Origin: an uncultured Clostridia bacterium
GTDB lineage: Bacteria; Bacillota; Clostridia; Christensenellales; Borkfalkiaceae
Length of the DNA: 64,000 bases
NCBI GenBank assembly: GCA_904419075.1
Contig: CAJFQM010000003.1
Location: 153,934 to 217,933 of the forward strand
Reading direction: 5' to 3'
The notes under the pieces are model-generated. The model was not told the DNA's origin. It made no database searches and saw nothing but the letters and a program-made list of their open reading frames with translations. Positions 27,240-35,726 of this stretch are shown one piece after another. Both the position numbers and the translations under genes were made by a program. Every line of letters begins with the position of its first letter. The first letter of the stretch is position 1.

Positions 27240-27683
27240 ATGGATTATATAGAATTTTTTACAGAAGCTATCAATGAATATCGGATACAGAATAATCTGA
27301 ACATTTCACAATTTGCAGAGCGCTTAGGCGTCAGCGAACAATGCGTTTCAAATTGGCAGACAAGACATAACGGGCCTTCTTTGGAATTATTAATATCCGT
27401 AGCCGATTTATTAAATTGTTCCCTCGATTATCTCGCAGGTCGCAGTCAGAGTCCCGAATATGTTCCCGCCGATAACGGTTTCATTTTTAATGAACGTTTA
27501 TCTTTGCTTTTGAAAAATAATAATCTCTCAGCCTTTAAGCTGGCGAAATCCTGCGGTTTCGGAGACTCCATTTTTGCAAAATGGAAAAAAGGGAAAATTC
27601 CAAATATTACCACCCTTCTTTCCATATCGGAATATTTTAATGTGTCTCTCGATTATCTCGTCGGAAGGTCGGATTCCGTATAA
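27240..27683 (+). CDS. Double-HTH XRE-family regulator (two Cro/C1 domains)
   Basis: Two repeats each end in SLDYL(A/V)GRS: LNISQFAERLGVSEQCVSNWQ... and LSAFKLAKSCGFGDSIFAKWKKGK... The context is AT-rich. Confidence 0.75.
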   Translation: MDYIEFFTEAINEYRIQNNLNISQFAERLGVSEQCVSNWQTRHNGPSLELLISVADLLNCSLDYLAGRSQSPEYVPADNGFIFNERLSLLLKNNNLSAFKLAKSCGFGDSIFAKWKKGKIPNITTLLSISEYFNVSLDYLVGRSDSV

Positions 27684-27858
27684 ATATTTTTATCGTTACT
27701 CTCAAACAGATTTGCAAATCTATGTAAAATCATCGATGCAGCCCCCGTGTACCTTCTTTGTCTTTCCGATAAATAACATCGTCAATTATGAGTAATAATC
27801 ATTATCGCAAAAATCAAATGATTTATGCCCATAAAATAAATTGGGAGGGTTTGATTCA

Positions 27859-28071
27859 ATGATTACACTCGAAAAAATTCGTGAACGATTGATTGAATCA
27901 ATTCGGCAAAGCGGCATGACGCAGACGGAAATCGCAGAAAAGTTAAATGTTTCTCAATCGAACATCGCACATTATATCCGCGGGGATATTATGCCCGCCC
28001 TGGACACATTTGCCAACCTTTGCGATATTTTGGACGTCGACCCGGCTTATATTCTTTGTCTCGAAGATTGA
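27859..28071 (+). CDS. XRE-family HTH regulator (70 aa)
   Basis: ATG 27859 lies 9 nt after GGGAGGG. MTQTEIAEKLNVSQSNIAHYIRG. Confidence 0.75.
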   Translation: MITLEKIRERLIESIRQSGMTQTEIAEKLNVSQSNIAHYIRGDIMPALDTFANLCDILDVDPAYILCLED

Positions 28072-28080
28072 CGGTAAAGT

Positions 28081-28116
28081 GAGGGGGCCCGGAAGAAAAT
28101 TCTTCCGGGCCCCCTC
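28081..28116. terminator. Bidirectional terminator between convergent genes
   Basis: gagggggcccggaaga-aaat-tcttccgggccccctc forms a 16-bp stem. Confidence 0.8.
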
Positions 28117-28127
28117 GCTTTGAATTT

Positions 28128-28739
28128 TTATATTTCTCTGAACGTGGAACGGCGGCGCAGAGCCTCGTTTTCGCGCTTCAAACGGGAATTTTCCGCCGAA
28201 AGGCGCGCGTTCTCCTCCTTCAAAGACTGCGTCAGTCTGTCGTAAAGCGCGTTGATTTCATTCTCCAAGCGGCGTTGCAGAAAGTTTCTGTCCGTATCTT
28301 TTCCCAGCCCCATTTCCGAAGCGATTGCGTCGATCCGTTCGGGCTGCTTTTTCAAAATATTCCTGTATTTATTCTGCAACCTCAGCATGAGCTTATCGTC
28401 ACCTTTCGCAATGTTCGAAATCGCGCGGCGCACGGAAATCCCCTTGCTCTTTTCCGCAAGAATGCTCCGAAGCGCTTTGTCCGTCTCCTCTTCCGTAAAT
28501 TCACGGATCTGCTCCACCGAAAGCTGTTTCCCGTCCAGGAGCTTTACCACCCTTTCGTCCTTCTTCGGGTTCTTCATGAGCGCGTAATAGTAATTCCTTA
28601 CGCTCCCTTTCGCGCGGCCGTGCTGCGCTCCGTATGTCTCGAAAAGATACGTCAGCGTCTTTCCCGCCTGCTTGCCTGCCCAAATGTATTCCACCAAACT
28701 TTTGGCCTCTTCTTCCGTGTAACCGTTGATCTTATTCAT
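28128..28739 (-). CDS. Myb/SANT-like (RsfA-like) DNA-binding protein with a C-terminal coiled coil
   Basis: SD GGAGGTG. The N-terminus YTEEEAKSLVEYIWAGKQAGKTLTYLFETYG...SVRNYYYALMK resembles the RsfA Myb-type domain. The C-terminus LKEENARLSAENSRLKRENEALRR is heptad-like. Confidence 0.45.
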   Translation of the reverse strand: MNKINGYTEEEAKSLVEYIWAGKQAGKTLTYLFETYGAQHGRAKGSVRNYYYALMKNPKKDERVVKLLDGKQLSVEQIREFTEEETDKALRSILAEKSKGISVRRAISNIAKGDDKLMLRLQNKYRNILKKQPERIDAIASEMGLGKDTDRNFLQRRLENEINALYDRLTQSLKEENARLSAENSRLKRENEALRRRSTFREI

Positions 28740-28823
28740 GAGTTCACCTCCGTTTTGAAGGAATTATTAACATATTTTCTTCGATTTATACATGCCAGAC
28801 AAAATAAAAGAATATATTTAACT

Positions 28824-29729
28824 ATGAAAATTTATTTTTTATCCTCCCGCCCCTGCGCGCTCATGCTCGGCGGCGTCTTTTTCGGCATGACCGACGGTTT
28901 CGAACGCTTCGCCGAAATCGAGCCCAAAGACAACGTATTCGCTGAATTTATCCCCGAAGGCGCTCTGCCCGTCGGCTTCTTCATTACGGAAAAACTCCGT
29001 TTCTCCCCGCCCGATCACTGCGAAGTCTATATCCTCAAAGACGGCATCGCCGTATTCGCAAAATCCTTCCCCCCTTCCGACTTCGCCTTAAAACTCGTCG
29101 CTCAGCAGCGCTTCCGCGAAAATCTCGTCACCGTATTCCGACAGGGCGACTTACAAATCTCCATAGAGACTTCAAAAGGATTCTTTATCTCTCCCCTGTC
29201 CCCCTGTTTCGAGCCGTGCAAAATCTTTTGGGAACACGGCCTGTTCTTCGTTGAGGGGCAAGGAGCGCTCGCCGCATTCAACGCCGCGGGGGAGTGCGTC
29301 CTCAACGAAAAAATTTCCGAATACAGGATAGAAAACGACGTTCTTTCCGCCGTTCTCCCCCTTTCCGACAGCTTGGGACGGTTTGCTGAATGCGCCTGGG
29401 CTTTGACTGAGGACGCATGTTTTCAGACCTCTTTCAAGGTTCGCCAGACCGCCGCGGGAAAAGACGAGGAGGCGCTGCGCGGCGAACTCATACCGTATGC
29501 CTTTTTCGAAAGCGTGCTGATCGGCGCCGATTTCTCGGAATTATTGAGCGACGAGCTCAAAGAACGGGCGCAGCACATAAAAGCCTTTCTGGGGGATTTC
29601 GTCTCCGTCGTACTCACCGATCGGCCGAATACCTGCGGATTGGTGCGAAAAAAGAAAGAACGGCTCTTCGAAGTACATTATTTCACCGCGGAGGTCAAGG
29701 ACGGGAAAATCGTCGATATAAGAGGATAA
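28824..29729 (+). CDS. Hypothetical protein, no recognisable domain
   Basis: 301-aa ORF starting at the first ATG beyond the divergent gene. There is no SD and the start is uncertain. A strong terminator follows. Confidence 0.5.
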   Translation: MKIYFLSSRPCALMLGGVFFGMTDGFERFAEIEPKDNVFAEFIPEGALPVGFFITEKLRFSPPDHCEVYILKDGIAVFAKSFPPSDFALKLVAQQRFRENLVTVFRQGDLQISIETSKGFFISPLSPCFEPCKIFWEHGLFFVEGQGALAAFNAAGECVLNEKISEYRIENDVLSAVLPLSDSLGRFAECAWALTEDACFQTSFKVRQTAAGKDEEALRGELIPYAFFESVLIGADFSELLSDELKERAQHIKAFLGDFVSVVLTDRPNTCGLVRKKKERLFEVHYFTAEVKDGKIVDIRG

Positions 29730-29774
29730 GAAAACTACGACAGCAGAAAAACAACCGAAAAAAACAAATCAAGA

Positions 29775-29808
29775 GCCGCCTTTCCCGACGGGAAAGGCGG
29801 CTTCTTCT
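29775..29808. terminator. Bidirectional terminator
   Basis: gccgcctttccc-gac-gggaaaggcggc followed by ttcttctt. Confidence 0.75.
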
Positions 29809-29826
29809 TATTGAATATATATCGAA

Positions 29827-30693
29827 TCAATAGCTCTTAACTTTTATAGATTTTATAATAATGGGCGTCTTAGGAACGTCATAGGTCGCAGAAATTTTTG
29901 CGGACGACATGTACGGGTCATTCTCGTCTACCAAAACCGTGGTCTCGGTCGTAAACTCCGCGTCTTCCTCTCCGTATTCTTCTTCAATATATTGATTGAT
30001 GTCGTCTTTCAGCTCGTCCAAAACGGACGTGCTGTCGTCTTCCAGCGTGGCAAACGTGCAGTAATTGGAATTGCTCTTCGACGACGACGAAAGGGAAATA
30101 TAGAACATGGACGTCGCGCTGTTATATTTATAGGGCTTCCAATCGTAGCCCTCTCCGTCCGCGCGTTGAGTCATGACCACGCCGTTATAGGTATTTTTGG
30201 GCGTGTAGTACATCGTCAAAGAACCGTATGTCTGTTTCAAGGCGCCGTTCGTTACCTGAAAACCGTTATCGGAAAATTCTCCGTATACGGTATTGACGGG
30301 AGTCGTTCTTTCCTCGTCGTCCCACACCGTCTGTGTGAGCCCCCATGTGGAAACCGTGGAAAAGTAGTCCTTTTCCACCAATCCGTTATCGTCCGAGACT
30401 GCCGCATCATAAGTGTATGCGCCCGTATACAGCGCGGAATCGGCCTGATAATCATGAATACACATGCCGTCGTAATAGCCCTTTTCCACAAGCTCCAAAA
30501 AGTGCTGAACGGTGGAAGGAGCGATTTTCCGATATAATTTATATTCCAGCGTATACGTTTTATCGTTAAAAGAGAGCTTCATTTCCACCTTGGGGTGGGA
30601 AGTGGTACATGCGGAGAACAGTGTCGCAGACGCGAACACACTGACGCCGATAAGCGCCGCGCTCATAAGTTTTTTGAAAGAATTACGTAACAT
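29827..30693 (-). CDS. Cyclophilin-type peptidyl-prolyl isomerase lipoprotein
   Basis: Lipobox LFSAC. APSTVQHFLELVEKGYYDGMCIH is a cyclophilin signature. Confidence 0.8.
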   Translation of the reverse strand: MLRNSFKKLMSAALIGVSVFASATLFSACTTSHPKVEMKLSFNDKTYTLEYKLYRKIAPSTVQHFLELVEKGYYDGMCIHDYQADSALYTGAYTYDAAVSDDNGLVEKDYFSTVSTWGLTQTVWDDEERTTPVNTVYGEFSDNGFQVTNGALKQTYGSLTMYYTPKNTYNGVVMTQRADGEGYDWKPYKYNSATSMFYISLSSSSKSNSNYCTFATLEDDSTSVLDELKDDINQYIEEEYGEEDAEFTTETTVLVDENDPYMSSAKISATYDVPKTPIIIKSIKVKSY

Positions 30694-30728
30694 TCGATTT
30701 CTCCATCGACGGATTTTTATACTTCTAT

Positions 30729-30757
30729 ATTTTACCCTTTATTTGCGTTTCCGTCAA
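30729..30757 (-). promoter_or_regulatory. Sigma-A promoter for the PPIase gene
   Basis: Minus strand reads TTGACG-17 nt-TAAAAT. Confidence 0.6.
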
Positions 30758-30816
30758 GTACTTTTAAGCGATTGCCGCCGATTTTTACATAAAATCCATA
30801 ATTTACACAAAATTAT

Positions 30817-30846
30817 GGGTTCCCGACCAAGGGGAACCCGTTTTTT
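30817..30846. terminator. Terminator after the 176-aa membrane protein gene
   Basis: gggttccc-gaccaa-gggaaccc flanked by A/T runs. Confidence 0.7.
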
Positions 30847-30859
30847 CATCATCGATGAT

Positions 30860-31390
30860 TTACCCGAAAAAAATTTTGGTGATCCCACCCACAATCGCCC
30901 CATAGATAAGAAACCACGCTAAATTCATCACTACCGCCATAAAAATACAGCCGGCTATCTTCAAGCCGAATTTTACGTTACTGCGCAAAATCGTCGCATT
31001 GATACCCGCGCACAACAGACAGAAAAGTACGCTTAACACGCTGCCGATTGCTCCGCCAAAGAGATAAAAAAGCACGCTCAATACACCGACGATTGCTCCG
31101 CCAAAGAGACCGACTCCTATTCCGAGCAACGGCAAAACAATCAAGACCCATTCATACCATTTATTTTGGGCAAGAACGATATTGTTTCCGTCTCCCTCTA
31201 CCAATGTCACGCCCATAAGAAAATTCCCTTTCACCGTAATGAGTTCTTCCGCTCCGTCCCGATTGACGGCAAAAACCTCTCTATTTCTTTTCTCCAAGGC
31301 TACGCCGTTTAAGGTCAATTCCTTTTTTCCCGTCCATATATTTTCCGTATAGGAATATAAATTCCCGTCTTTCTCCGCAATAAGATGCAT
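30860..31390 (-). CDS. Hypothetical membrane protein with a duplicated Gly-rich TM segment
   Basis: Soluble N-terminal beta-rich region followed by GLFGGAIVGVLSVLFYLFGGAIGSVLSVLFCL. Confidence 0.6.
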   Translation of the reverse strand: MHLIAEKDGNLYSYTENIWTGKKELTLNGVALEKRNREVFAVNRDGAEELITVKGNFLMGVTLVEGDGNNIVLAQNKWYEWVLIVLPLLGIGVGLFGGAIVGVLSVLFYLFGGAIGSVLSVLFCLLCAGINATILRSNVKFGLKIAGCIFMAVVMNLAWFLIYGAIVGGITKIFFG

Positions 31391-31426
31391 TTTATGCCCC
31401 CTATCTATTGCCCTATGTTTTTCTTA

Positions 31427-31455
31427 ATTATATCATTCTTCTTTAATATTGTCAA
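31427..31455 (-). promoter_or_regulatory. Consensus sigma-A promoter
   Basis: Minus strand reads TTGACA-17 nt-TATAAT. Confidence 0.65.
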
Positions 31456-31548
31456 TATCAATAACAAAAATTTTCAGGAAAATGCGAGAGCTTTCCCGTC
31501 TCGCTTACCACGCGGTAATTTTTTCAGCTTCATTTACCCTGTCAATGA

Positions 31549-31586
31549 TTTTCGGGAAATTTACCGTTTGGTAAATTTCCCGAAAA
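31549..31586. terminator. 17-bp perfect hairpin downstream of psd (atypical: the U/A tracts lie inside the stem)
   Basis: ttttcgggaaatttacc-gttt-ggtaaatttcccgaaaa. Confidence 0.5.
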
Positions 31587-31604
31587 ATCTCCCCTTTGAC
31601 GTGT

Positions 31605-32477
31605 TTACAGGGTGCGTTCGGGAAAAGAAAGGACGGCTGAGCCCAGCCGCTCGCCGCACTTTACGAGCGTCTCGTCCCCTCTCGCCGTGTTTTCCAAAAG
31701 TTCCGCATCCAGAACCGCGCGGCCCCTCTCTATCAGCAGGACGACGGTAGAGCCGCCGAACTCGAAGCGGCCCTTTTCCTCGCCGCGGCGGCAGGCGCCC
31801 GCTCCGTCGTTATTGACGATCCGCCCCACCATCATCGCGCCCACCTCTACCTGCGTCACCAAGCCGAAATGCTCGGTTTCCATAGTCGTATATTCACGGC
31901 AGTTTTCCGTGAATACCCTCCGCTTTTCCAAGGCCGCGGGCTGTACGGTATGCAGCTTTCCGCGAATAAAGACGTTTTCACCCTTTATTCCGTCGTCGAT
32001 ATAAAAATATCGGTGATAATCCTCCACCGTCAGGCGAAAAACAAGGCACTGTCCCCCGCGATACCGATTTGCCAGCGCTTTATTCCGCAAAAGGCTTTCG
32101 ACGGAATAGGAAAATCCTTTAATTTCAAACCTGCTCCCCTCGTCCACGGGAAAAACGGACAATTTCGCGTCGCAGGGGGAAACGAACGCTTCGGGAGAAA
32201 GGTCGAAGGGGCGAAGCTCCGAACGGATATGACGGGTAAAAAAGGCGTTGAAGCTCTTATACTTCTCTTTTTCGTAAAGAGACATATCGATTTTATGTTT
32301 TCGGACATATCGGCGAATCAGAATACGGGAAAATCGGCTGTCCAGAAAACAGCCGACGACTTTTGAAACGGGGCGGCAGACGAGCAAGCGAAGAAAGAGT
32401 CCGCCGAGTCTGCTGCCGTATAAAAAACGCAGAGACGCCGCAGGACGCAGCGCCTCTTTTTTCAGTACCTCTCTCAT
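31605..32477 (-). CDS. psd: Phosphatidylserine decarboxylase proenzyme
   Basis: FEFGGSTVVLL contains the G-S-T self-cleavage site. The gene lies next to pssA. Confidence 0.9.
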   Translation of the reverse strand: MREVLKKEALRPAASLRFLYGSRLGGLFLRLLVCRPVSKVVGCFLDSRFSRILIRRYVRKHKIDMSLYEKEKYKSFNAFFTRHIRSELRPFDLSPEAFVSPCDAKLSVFPVDEGSRFEIKGFSYSVESLLRNKALANRYRGGQCLVFRLTVEDYHRYFYIDDGIKGENVFIRGKLHTVQPAALEKRRVFTENCREYTTMETEHFGLVTQVEVGAMMVGRIVNNDGAGACRRGEEKGRFEFGGSTVVLLIERGRAVLDAELLENTARGDETLVKCGERLGSAVLSFPERTL

Positions 32478-33154
32478 ATCACCGCCCGCCTGATAAAGAA
32501 CAGAGAAACGAGAATGACCGTCAGCACCGCCATGGCAATCAGCAATCCCTTGACGCCGAGCTTGGGCATTTTGAAGCGTATGACGAACGCCGCCGAAAGC
32601 GCGAGATACCCCGAAAGCATGACGGCGTTATACCCCACCGATTTGACCGCGAACATCGTGGCGACAAGATAGAAAATCGGAAGCACGAAAGCTACATTCG
32701 TGACGGGCAGCCCCTCGTAATAGCGCCTGCGGCCGCAATTTTCATCGCTCGTGCGGATTTCCTCCGTCACGTCGAAATAGGCCAGTCGAATGAGCGCGCA
32801 CAATACGAATACGGCATACACGGGCATAAAATACCAACGGTTGAGCCGCATGCCGAAACCGATCATCGCAGGGGCGACGCCGAAGGCGATCAAATCGCTG
32901 AGAGAGTCTATCCTTTCCCCGAACATTCTGTCTTCCTTGGTCCTGTTTTTGCGTGTCTTGGCTACCGCTCCGTCGAAGGCGTCGCACACGCCCGAAATCA
33001 AAAGGCAAATTACGCCGATTTCGGGACGCGCGGGCTTATTTCCGCCGACGGAAAAACACATTCCGACGATTGCCGCAATCACCGAAAGATAGGTAAGAAT
33101 GACTCCGTAATGATAAAATCCTACTATTTTTTTACTCTGGTTTTTCATTTTCAC
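32474..33154 (-). CDS. pssA: CDP-diacylglycerol-serine O-phosphatidyltransferase
   Basis: CDP-alcohol transferase motif DAFDGAVAKTRK...GERIDSLSDLIAFG. Confidence 0.85.
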   Translation of the reverse strand: MKMKNQSKKIVGFYHYGVILTYLSVIAAIVGMCFSVGGNKPARPEIGVICLLISGVCDAFDGAVAKTRKNRTKEDRMFGERIDSLSDLIAFGVAPAMIGFGMRLNRWYFMPVYAVFVLCALIRLAYFDVTEEIRTSDENCGRRRYYEGLPVTNVAFVLPIFYLVATMFAVKSVGYNAVMLSGYLALSAAFVIRFKMPKLGVKGLLIAMAVLTVILVSLFFIRRAVI

Positions 33155-34223
33155 TTTTCTCTTGCGGTATATTTTCTCTCTTTTTTCTTTTGATGATATG
33201 TATATGATAGGCGAGCGTCATCGTTCCGCTCACTACGATACAGATATAATAGGAAATTGTTCTCGTCACCATCATCGCCGCGAGAATAAAGGCGTTCTCG
33301 AAAAGCAATCCGTAAATGTGCAGATAGAGATACTCGAATGCCCCCACGCCGCCCGGCAGAGGTACGGAGTTATACCCGATCAGCACGAATGCCTGCATGA
33401 CGAATACATCTCTGAACGGCGCGCTTCTATCTGCCGCGAGACAGACGAAACAGGTAATGAGAATCTGCGAAACCCGCTGGGCAATATTCAAAAGCAACGC
33501 CTCAAAAAACAGCGCCCGATGCTTTTTGATCTCCTCGAACCCCGCGCGGTATTTCTCCACCTCGTCCGCGAGCTTTCCGCGCCACTTTTCCGGTTTTTTG
33601 ACGAGCTTTATCTTCGTCAGAAACGAAATGAGACCGTTCCCGCACTTCAATACCGCTCTATGACAGCGCATACACGCGATAAAAAACGCAAGCAGAAGGG
33701 TCTGGGCAACAAATCCCGCCACCACGAGAAACTTAATCCAAAATTCAAAATCCGCAAACATGTGCGGACGGAGAATAAACGCGAACGCTCCGATGACGAG
33801 TATGGCCGAAGTATACGCGATGAGATTGAACACCAGCGCGAACGTCGCCGTTCCCGTATCCATTCCGTCCTTGACCATGTAATACGCAGAAGCGGGCTGA
33901 CCGCCCGAAGCCGACGGCGTAAGCGCGGAATAATAAACGTCCGCCGCGGAATACACCATGGAGGAATACAGTTTGTTTTTATGCCCCAGCCGCCTCGAAA
34001 TGAGATGCAGGCTCATTCCCTCAAATCCGATAAACAGGAGCATACACACGAAAGCGACCGCAATCAGCCACGGATTACAGCCCAAAATAAATTTTTTTAT
34101 ATTTTCAAAGTTTAACTCCCGGTTGCTTGTCAACAAAATGAACAGCGTAATCCCGATGAGAACGAGGAGAAAAAGGATATTAAAAATTTGTTTTCTTGCG
34201 CTTCTGGATATCCCTTTTCCCAT
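33132..34223 (-). CDS. UPF0104 / lysyl-PG-synthase TM-region-like (flippase-like) membrane protein
   Basis: The start is ATG 34221-34223 after AAGGAA. Polytopic protein with SVPLPGGVGAFE. It overlaps pssA by 23 nt. Confidence 0.7.
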   Translation of the reverse strand: MGKGISRSARKQIFNILFLLVLIGITLFILLTSNRELNFENIKKFILGCNPWLIAVAFVCMLLFIGFEGMSLHLISRRLGHKNKLYSSMVYSAADVYYSALTPSASGGQPASAYYMVKDGMDTGTATFALVFNLIAYTSAILVIGAFAFILRPHMFADFEFWIKFLVVAGFVAQTLLLAFFIACMRCHRAVLKCGNGLISFLTKIKLVKKPEKWRGKLADEVEKYRAGFEEIKKHRALFFEALLLNIAQRVSQILITCFVCLAADRSAPFRDVFVMQAFVLIGYNSVPLPGGVGAFEYLYLHIYGLLFENAFILAAMMVTRTISYYICIVVSGTMTLAYHIHIIKRKKRENIPQEKSENEKPE

Positions 34224-34337
34224 AATTTCCTTCTTGTTTCCAAATTTTATAAAAGTTCTTTTCGTCGCGGCGGCTTGAGAAGAAAGTGCATAAAACTCAA
34301 AATCCACCGCTTTTTATTATACTGAACACCTATACTG

Positions 34338-34366
34338 ATTATACCCCCCCCCGCAGTCTTTGTCAA
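34338..34366 (-). promoter_or_regulatory. Consensus sigma-A promoter with a G9 homopolymer in its 17-nt spacer (proximal copy)
   Basis: Minus strand reads TTGACA-AAGACTGC-G9-TATAAT. The plus-strand C9 run is at 34344-34352. Confidence 0.6.
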
Positions 34367-34425
34367 CTGTTTTTAATAAACAATGTCATAAAAATATATT
34401 ATTCTATATTTATTTTCTTATAACA

Positions 34426-34459
34426 ATTATACCCCCCCCCCCCCGCGAATTTTTGTCAA
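34426..34459 (-). promoter_or_regulatory. Duplicated promoter-like element with G13 in a 22-nt spacer (distal copy; spacing non-permissive as read)
   Basis: Minus strand reads TTGACA-AAAATTCGC-G13-TATAAT. The plus-strand C13 run is at 34432-34444. Confidence 0.35.
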
Positions 34460-34489
34460 GCATTTCGGGAGGGAAAAGAAAAATTTCAT

Positions 34490-34522
34490 AAAAAAAGTAC
34501 GCAGCGAATTCCACTGCGTACT
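34490..34522 (-). terminator. rplL terminator
   Basis: agtacgcag-9 nt-ctgcgtact followed by T7 on the minus strand. Confidence 0.8.
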
Positions 34523-34560
34523 TTTCTGTTTTCTTATCCGAAAAACGTCCTTTCCGAAAC

Positions 34561-34932
34561 TTATTTGAGTTCGGCGGTAGCGCCGTTTTCTTTGAGTTTC
34601 GCAACGAGAGCGTCCGCGTCCGCCTTGGGAACGTTTTCTTTGATGACGCCCATCGCTTCGACGGCTTTCTTCGCATCCGCAAGGCCGAGGCCGGTCGCTT
34701 CGCGGACAACCTTGATGATGGCGATTTTGTTGGGACCGATGTCTTTGAGAACGACGTCGAATTCCGTCTTTTCTTCCGCCGCGGGAGCAGCTTCCGCCGC
34801 ACCGGCAGCGCCGGCAGCAGCTACGGGAGCGGCTGCGCTTACGCCGAATTCCGCTTCGAGCGCTTTAACGAGTTCGTTCAGTTCGAGAACGGACATAGCT
34901 TTTACTTCTTCAATGAGTTTCTGAACATCCAT
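34561..34932 (-). CDS. rplL: 50S ribosomal protein L7/L12
   Basis: [31 protein letters not shown]. Confidence 0.95.
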   Translation of the reverse strand: MDVQKLIEEVKAMSVLELNELVKALEAEFGVSAAAPVAAAGAAGAAEAAPAAEEKTEFDVVLKDIGPNKIAIIKVVREATGLGLADAKKAVEAMGVIKENVPKADADALVAKLKENGATAELK

Positions 34933-34976
34933 GATAACTTTTAATCCTCCGAATTTTTATATTAATGATTTCTGAA

Positions 34977-35486
34977 TCAGTTGTTCGCCGCTTCTTTTGC
35001 TTTGGCAATGCTGTCCAAAACATAGACGAACTTGGAAATGGACGACTGCAAGCAGCCGAGCATCTTCGCGATAAGGACTTCCTTGGACGGAATCGCCGCA
35101 AGTTCCTTTACGCCGTTTTTGTCGAGATACTTCTTTTCGAGATATGCGCACTTGGGAACGATCTTGTCCGTGAGCGCCGCATTCTCCTTGACCGCCTTCG
35201 CGAACACCGCAGCACCGCTCGTCTCGTCCTGACAGAACACCGTAGCCGTGGTTCCGTTCAGGTCCTTGTCGAAATCCGTCACGCCCAGTTCGTTGAACGC
35301 CTTTCTCACGAGCGTGTTCTTATACACCTTATACTCGCAATTTGCCGCCTTGAACTTATTTCTCAGCGCCGTGACTTCGAGAACGGTGAGCTTATTATAA
35401 TCGGCAAATACCACCGATTTGCTACCTTCGATCTTCGCTTTGATCTCCTCGACGACTTGTTTTTTGGCCTCTAAATTCGCTGACAT
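34977..35486 (-). CDS. rplJ: 50S ribosomal protein L10
   Basis: The start is MSANLEAKKQVVEEIK (ATG 35484-35486) with GGAGG upstream. Confidence 0.95.
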   Translation of the reverse strand: MSANLEAKKQVVEEIKAKIEGSKSVVFADYNKLTVLEVTALRNKFKAANCEYKVYKNTLVRKAFNELGVTDFDKDLNGTTATVFCQDETSGAAVFAKAVKENAALTDKIVPKCAYLEKKYLDKNGVKELAAIPSKEVLIAKMLGCLQSSISKFVYVLDSIAKAKEAANN

Positions 35487-35655
35487 GAATACCTCCTTTA
35501 AGCGGCTCCGCCGCCCGACATTAAAAAAATGTCCCATGCCGCAACGGCATAAGGACACTTCGCTATCTCTCAAAATAACAAATCCCTCTGCCTGAGCGAG
35601 CGGTCTCCCATCGAACCTTTCGGTACTCGCCTTCTGCGGCTTTCGATTTTTTACT
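35487..35655 (-). promoter_or_regulatory. rplJ 5' UTR, candidate L10 autoregulatory leader
   Basis: A UTR of about 170 nt lies between a consensus promoter and rplJ. The call rests on position only, and the structure was not verified. Confidence 0.4.
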
Positions 35656-35660
35656 CAATC

Positions 35661-35689
35661 ATTATATCATCTTCGCGGAAAGCAGTCAA
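35661..35689 (-). promoter_or_regulatory. Sigma-A promoter for rplJ-rplL
   Basis: Minus strand reads TTGACT-17 nt-TATAAT. Confidence 0.65.
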
Positions 35690-35726
35690 TCGTTTTTCCC
35701 GCTTCCCGCGAAAATATTTTTTTCTC

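Noticed and set aside
31549-31586. The 17-bp perfect hairpin might be a canonical intrinsic terminator or a protein-binding palindrome.
   Set aside because: The U and A tracts lie inside the stem rather than trailing it, so canonical terminator status is doubtful. I kept it as a low-confidence terminator and did not promote it to a finding.
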